A DNA stretch of 63,718 nucleotides, counting the filler, from Licmophora abbreviata (Eukaryota), in NCBI GenBank assembly GCA_900291995.1. It is 16 parts of 16 records of this genome, joined end to end, with 100 filler letters (N's around TTAATTAATTAA, not from the genome) between each part and the next. Parts side by side here need not be neighbours in the genome. Positions count along the whole stretch, not along the records: positions 58,618 to 62,036 come from OLMU01003328.1; positions 62,137 to 63,718 come from OLMU01003332.1; 14 more parts are not named here. The stretch is one strand, 5' to 3'. This document shows, one piece after another, positions 58,618-63,718 of this stretch. Every line of letters begins with the position of its first letter. Position 1 is the stretch's first letter. The notes under the pieces were generated by a model. The model saw nothing but the letters and a program-made list of their open reading frames with translations. It was not told the DNA's origin and ran no database searches. A program made the translations under genes and the position numbers.

Positions 58618-59899
58618 TCGAATAGTCGGTGCGCCGGACCGAATCAGCTTCTTAGGTTTTTACATGGAGGGCTCGACTGATGTTTCAATACAAGCGATGG
58701 CTGTGGCGTCGTCGAGGGTGGCCTTTGAATACTGCGAATGGAAGGTCGGTACAAACATTGCTTTCCTGCTGAGGTGTGGGGCTTTCAAAATATGATGTCT
58801 CACTTCCAATTGTTCGCCCCTCGTGTTCGCGACAGGGTCATACTGGTTCTGCGGTAGTTCTTGTTTACAACGAAGAAGGGGGTGAACCATACATTGCACA
58901 ACCGAACATTGGGGATCTGCAGGAACCGTCGTCGGAATCCATGACTGCAACGTTTGAATTCTGCAACTTTGTGGTAAGCAAGTGTTGTATGCTTGCGGTC
59001 GTATCATGACTGGTTCAGAACGAAATTACTGACAGATGAGCTCTTTCGTCACAGGAAAATGAAGTTTCTTTCTCTGCTATTGCAAACGTCGGAGGTACTC
59101 TGATTGTATTTCAGACACTGTTCTTGATGAACACTGGTGCTCAGGTAGGTGAAGCCGTCAGCATGGATACTTCTCTCGCAATGCAATCACCTGATCTAAA
59201 CCGATTCATACCTTCTTTGTCTGTTTCCAGGCTGGGGCGATCAGTGCTAGTGGAGGCGCTCTCGCATCTGTCAGCTCATCATGCTTTGTCGAAAATCAAT
59301 CCGATTTTCCGGGGACTATTTTCGTTTCGCAAGGCTCTGAAATAACCACCAACACAGACAACTACGGTGTGAACAATCGAGCCGGGACAGTTGGTGAATG
59401 CAAAGATTTTTTTCAAGAAACCCAGGGATCCTGCTTCGATGACCTAACCTGTGGTGGTGTTTGTTCCGATTTTGAAGAGAGGTCGTGTGTCATATCTGAC
59501 TTTGACTATGACGTTCCGACCTTTTCGCCCACGCAGTCACCTTCGTTTGGATCAGGTGGTGGTGTCGTCCCTCCGAGTGCACTCGATGGTCTCGAGTTTG
59601 CTGAGAAGCAGAAATTCGCAGGGACCTCCCAGTTTCTCGTCACACTCCTATTAGCCCTTCTTATTGTCTTGGGGGGTATCGGTGTCTTTGTTTACATTCG
59701 AAAAAGAGGGAATACCAGAAGTTCCGACGTCTACGCATTCGGGCCACCGCAAGCAGCTGAACCTCTGGTTGGTGATCAGGATCACGACAACGCATCGGCA
59801 ATCTTTTCACAGCAAGAGTCATCTCACGGCAATGAATCATTATTCCAGGATGAACACGCGGACGATGAGGAGGATGATCCATTTGCCGACGAGGACTAG
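58618..59899 (+). CDS. Multi-exon type I membrane protein, 5'-truncated
   Basis: Last exon has a Cys cluster, PTFSPTQSP linker, TM helix, RKR stop-transfer and acidic tail; upstream short GT-AG introns. Confidence 0.55.
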
Positions 59900-60376
59900 T
59901 CGAATCCAACATGGTAGTTTTGGTGTAGGGAGGACTTATAGCGTGTTCATTCTGGAATACAATGTCAAAGGCACAATAGTCTGTTTGTATAATCTTTGAT
60001 GGAAATATCGTGTTAACGTGGTAGCAATGAGCTGCGGTAGCTTTGATAGAGAGCAGAATACAATCTAGCGAAACTGTAACCCTTGCGTCTACCGGTGTCG
60101 ACAGTCGTGTCTTGCGGACAGAATCATCGTCGCGTCGCGCTCGGCGTTTTCCATCCGTCGAACGACGAGCAGGACGGCTTTGCATGGTGCGTGTGCAACC
60201 AATTTGGATGAATCAGGCTACCACTGCGGATTATTTTATCTACTAACGCTCCCCAAGACAGAAACCGATCAAACTGTCACATCGCCTGCAAGACCGGAGA
60301 TGGAAGTACCTGGTACTACAGAAAAAGCACCCAAATACTGCTCACAGGAAGTGGTACCGGAACTGTCCTCGTTGCA

Positions 60377-61390
60377 TCAATGAAGAAGACCTTCCAGCTC
60401 TGTTCCTGATAGCACATCCTGCACTTCGTCGTAGTTGCTGAGTGTCATGTTGTGCGCTGGGAAGAAAACAGTGGACTTCAGCGATTGTGCGCCCTGCAGT
60501 TTTGCAAACGTAAGATCATTCGTAGGTCCTCGTCCCAGAAACTCAAACACACGTTTCCACTCGGCCACTGCCGCACTCTCATTTCCGAATATGTTCCCAT
60601 ACAGCTTTTCGTAGCTCACCGACACATGAAGAATTCCATTTTTCTCTAGAAGCTCATCGATCATATATTCTTCCTGAAGTATGTGCCTCATCTTACTAAC
60701 AAGGAGACCTGTTGGGAGATATATTCCAGAGGACGATGCCCGATAATTCTCCAAGCACTCTTCCTCCCCTTCCTTGCAATGAGCAGGAAGATCGTCATAA
60801 GTCACATGCTTCACTGTCGAGATGATAGCATCAAGAATATTGCGACGTGAACGAACAATCTTGACGAGCGGATCGCTGCTCGTCGCGATGAATCGGAGGG
60901 CTGCCTGGGCACCAGGCCAACGCAACATTTTCGGCCTGAGCTTCCATTTCATTCCAACGACTCCCGCGGTCGGCAGTTGCTTTCTCTTTTGGCATAGTAA
61001 ATCGACCAGCCACGTTTCATCCTGGTGCGTCTTGAAGAATTCTTCATTTTTCTCAAGGGTGCTTCCGGTGGGCTCTAGCTCATGTGCTTGTCGCGGCGTC
61101 TCTTGACCAGTCAGATTGCTCATGATACCCCACGTCGAAGTCGATCCTGAACGCCCCCGACTGATCAGAATGACAGGAATGGGAAGGTTTGCTGCATTGG
61201 TTTCCGTACAACGCGAGGAGAATCTGGTCACCTCCACGGTCGGGTCCAAAATCAAGACTGTACGTTCCTCGAAGATCGTCTTGTAGAGCCGCAGAACCGC
61301 CAGAGTCGCCACGAGGCACCCCAGTGCTTTCCTATGATGAACCTGATTGAAAAAGACTGCCCAAGGACGGCTTTCTTGTCGCTCTCTCAT
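60377..61390 (-). CDS. Sulfotransferase (Stf0-like), type II membrane protein
   Basis: 5'-PSB-like ISRGRSGST; 3'-PB-like RRNILDAIIS; VSYEKL. Confidence 0.75.
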   Translation of the reverse strand: MRERQESRPWAVFFNQVHHRKALGCLVATLAVLRLYKTIFEERTVLILDPTVEVTRFSSRCTETNAANLPIPVILISRGRSGSTSTWGIMSNLTGQETPRQAHELEPTGSTLEKNEEFFKTHQDETWLVDLLCQKRKQLPTAGVVGMKWKLRPKMLRWPGAQAALRFIATSSDPLVKIVRSRRNILDAIISTVKHVTYDDLPAHCKEGEEECLENYRASSSGIYLPTGLLVSKMRHILQEEYMIDELLEKNGILHVSVSYEKLYGNIFGNESAAVAEWKRVFEFLGRGPTNDLTFAKLQGAQSLKSTVFFPAHNMTLSNYDEVQDVLSGTELEGLLH

Positions 61391-62383
61391 ACTAAGATAC
61401 CCGGTACGCACTCAAACATATTCGGTACCGTGCCTGGTACCGTGATCTGTGAGATGTCTTGCGCGACAACGCGACGTCGGCCTCGCAATCTGTCAGTCCA
61501 CTCCGAAGTGTCTGGAAACTGGCTCGGTCCGTTCGCCACAGCGGACAATGACAATGGAGTCAATCAATCTCAAATCGCCCCCTTGATCCTCGACACAAGC
61601 GGTATGCTGCATGCATATTGAATGAAACAAGTTTCGAACGTTGTGCTCGCGATGCTCGTGCGGCCTGACAGACTTCTTCTGACTCACTCGACTGGATACC
61701 ATCGAATAAGTATCATATTTCTAGTGAACGTATGGTGAGGGTATAAACAGTTTCAGGCCAGTTGTTCTTTATGGAAGAACATAAATGATAGAATGACCAT
61801 TGATGGCGACGGTCACAAAATCGTCGTCCTTACTAATACATGTCGTCGATGCAAACACACAAAACCAGAGTGTCCGTGCAAACGTTCTGGTGAAACATGA
61901 CAATGGGACGAGAAATGAAGGTCTGAAAGCCTCTCTGAGAGCGAGAGTCTTAAGCATCTGACGATGAGGGGCATCGGGCCTGTCATGTTTGTTCGCTTCT
62001 CGCTCCTCGCATGGCTAAATGCGGCCATGCAAGCAANNNNNNNNNNNNNNNNNNNNNNNNNNNNNNNNNNNNNNNNNNNNTTAATTAATTAANNNNNNNN
62101 NNNNNNNNNNNNNNNNNNNNNNNNNNNNNNNNNNNNTTTGTAAGTATATATTCATTACATTACTATTCTACGAAAAATGCCTCATGGTTACAAAGTTTTA
62201 AAGGTACTGAAGAGTATGATATTATCATACCACGCCCGCGCCTCCAAAAAGTTTGCCCCAGTTTCACAGTCACTCTTTTCGTGCAAACCCCCTCCCCTCC
62301 CTCCTCCTCGTGTGCTCCTTGTGTGTCTAACGCCAAAATCCGGCAACGCAAAACACAACACAAACTGCCACAGAAGAACGACT

Positions 62384-63718
62384 ATGTTTAGCAGGTTTCG
62401 AAACCGCAAAACATCGGGTGAGCGGCGTCGTCGCCAATCGAGCAAAAATAGTACGGGGAACACTAGCAGTGCTGAAGCATCCCAGAGGCAGTCGTCGCCG
62501 CAGGGGAAAAGTCAGCGTCGACAGGGGAATGTTGGTAGTACGAGCAAGAGGACATTTCACAAGCAGCAACAACGCCAGCAACAAAACGATGCGGTGCCCA
62601 GCAGCAGGACTACAATAACAACGTGGCCCTCTACGACTTCGAAACGGCGCCAGCAGCAAGGCCGAACCAGAACTGCAGCTTATGCTGTAAAGGTTGTCAA
62701 CAATAAGGCTCCTCCTCCGTCTCGTGACAAGGACCCTGTTACAGAGAACGGCAAAACGAATCACACTGTCTCAACCTACATTGATGGGACGACAGAAGAC
62801 TCTTTCAAATCGGGCTCTTCCGGTACCAGAAATGGGGTCGCGACTACTCGTAGTGCCACCACGAATGATTCGTCCGCACTGGACATTCCATCTCTCCAAC
62901 GGTCAGATGCTTCTCCGGCTCTGATTGCGGAAGAGATTGCCATTGACGGCTCCTTTCGCTACTTTGTCAAGGGTCGATTCTTGGGACAGGGCGGTTTTTC
63001 CAATGTGTACGAGTGTGTACAGCAAGGTACGGAAGACCACTATGCGATCAAGATTGTTCCCAAAGAAAAACGTTCGCTCGAAATGGTACGTGTGACTATG
63101 TGATGTATGTTGTGTACCACTCCAATCCATCCTATTGACACGTTGCTCCTTCTCCAGTTGGAAATGGAAGTCAGCATTCAGCGCTCCCTCAAACACCCCA
63201 ATATTTGTGCATGCATGCGCTTGTTTTGGGATTCCAACAACACCTACGTCGTTCTGGAAGTCTGTCAGCATCGAAGCATGGATCGTCTCTTGCAACACCA
63301 GAAGAGATTGGAAGAATCCGAAGCGAAACGATATTTTTACCAATTGACGAGTGCTGTTGCCTTTATGCAAGCTTCGCGTGTCTTGCATCGTGATCTAAAG
63401 GCGGCGAATCTGTTCTTGGATGCCAACTTTCAGTTAAAAGTGGGGGACTATGGGCTGGCGAGGCAACTGGAGTCGCCAAAGGAATTTCGGACGACGCGGT
63501 GTGGGACGCCCAATTACATGGCGCCTGAGATTATTCGAGGGACGCGTGAAACGAGACACTATGGATTGGAAATTGATGTTTGGAGTCTTGGTATTATTCT
63601 GTATCTACTGCTGGCTGGCAAGCTGCCCTTTGAAGCGCAAGGGGATACGAGGGATAATGAGGAAACCTATCGAAAAATTCTGTCGAATGACTACAGATTT
63701 CCGATGCGGTTGTTTCAT
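62384..63718 (+). CDS. Polo-like Ser/Thr protein kinase, 3'-truncated by the window (intron 63086-63157)
   Basis: FLGQGGF, YAIKIVPK, LKHPNI, HRDLKAANLFL, DYG, CGTPNYMAPE, DVWSLG. Confidence 0.85.

Noticed and set aside
6984..61390. GH99, GT92 and sulfotransferase as a glycan biosynthesis cluster
   Set aside because: They are far apart, on different contigs, and interleaved with unrelated housekeeping genes
1..63718. Prokaryotic defence systems, CRISPR arrays, transposases, tRNA or rRNA genes
   Set aside because: None recognisable; the window is intron-containing eukaryotic DNA

Overview
Eukaryotic nuclear DNA, most likely from a diatom: short GT-AG introns, signal-peptide plus F/W plastid-type presequences, and a secreted tandem-SET protein. 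Sixteen contigs are joined by 15 artificial 100-nt linkers (N44-TTAATTAATTAA-N44). About 32 protein genes are present, including a DDX24/MAK5 helicase, a CBP/p300 acetyltransferase, an organellar TyrRS, copine, a mitochondrial carrier, a purple acid phosphatase, GH99, GT92, a sulfotransferase and a Polo-like kinase. Two signals are invisible in the ORF track. (1) A selenoprotein M-like gene has an in-frame UGA in a CSGU motif (11526-12110) and only non-canonical SECIS candidates; it lies head-to-head with a small Cys-rich gene. (2) A cluster of box C/D snoRNAs sits in the introns and just downstream of DDX24, including a duplicated double-guide snoRNA whose second guide has shifted its predicted rRNA target by 2 nt. 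Three apparent 1-nt frameshifts and four overlaps across gaps look like assembly artefacts. All family and rRNA-target assignments come from recalled motifs, not database searches.
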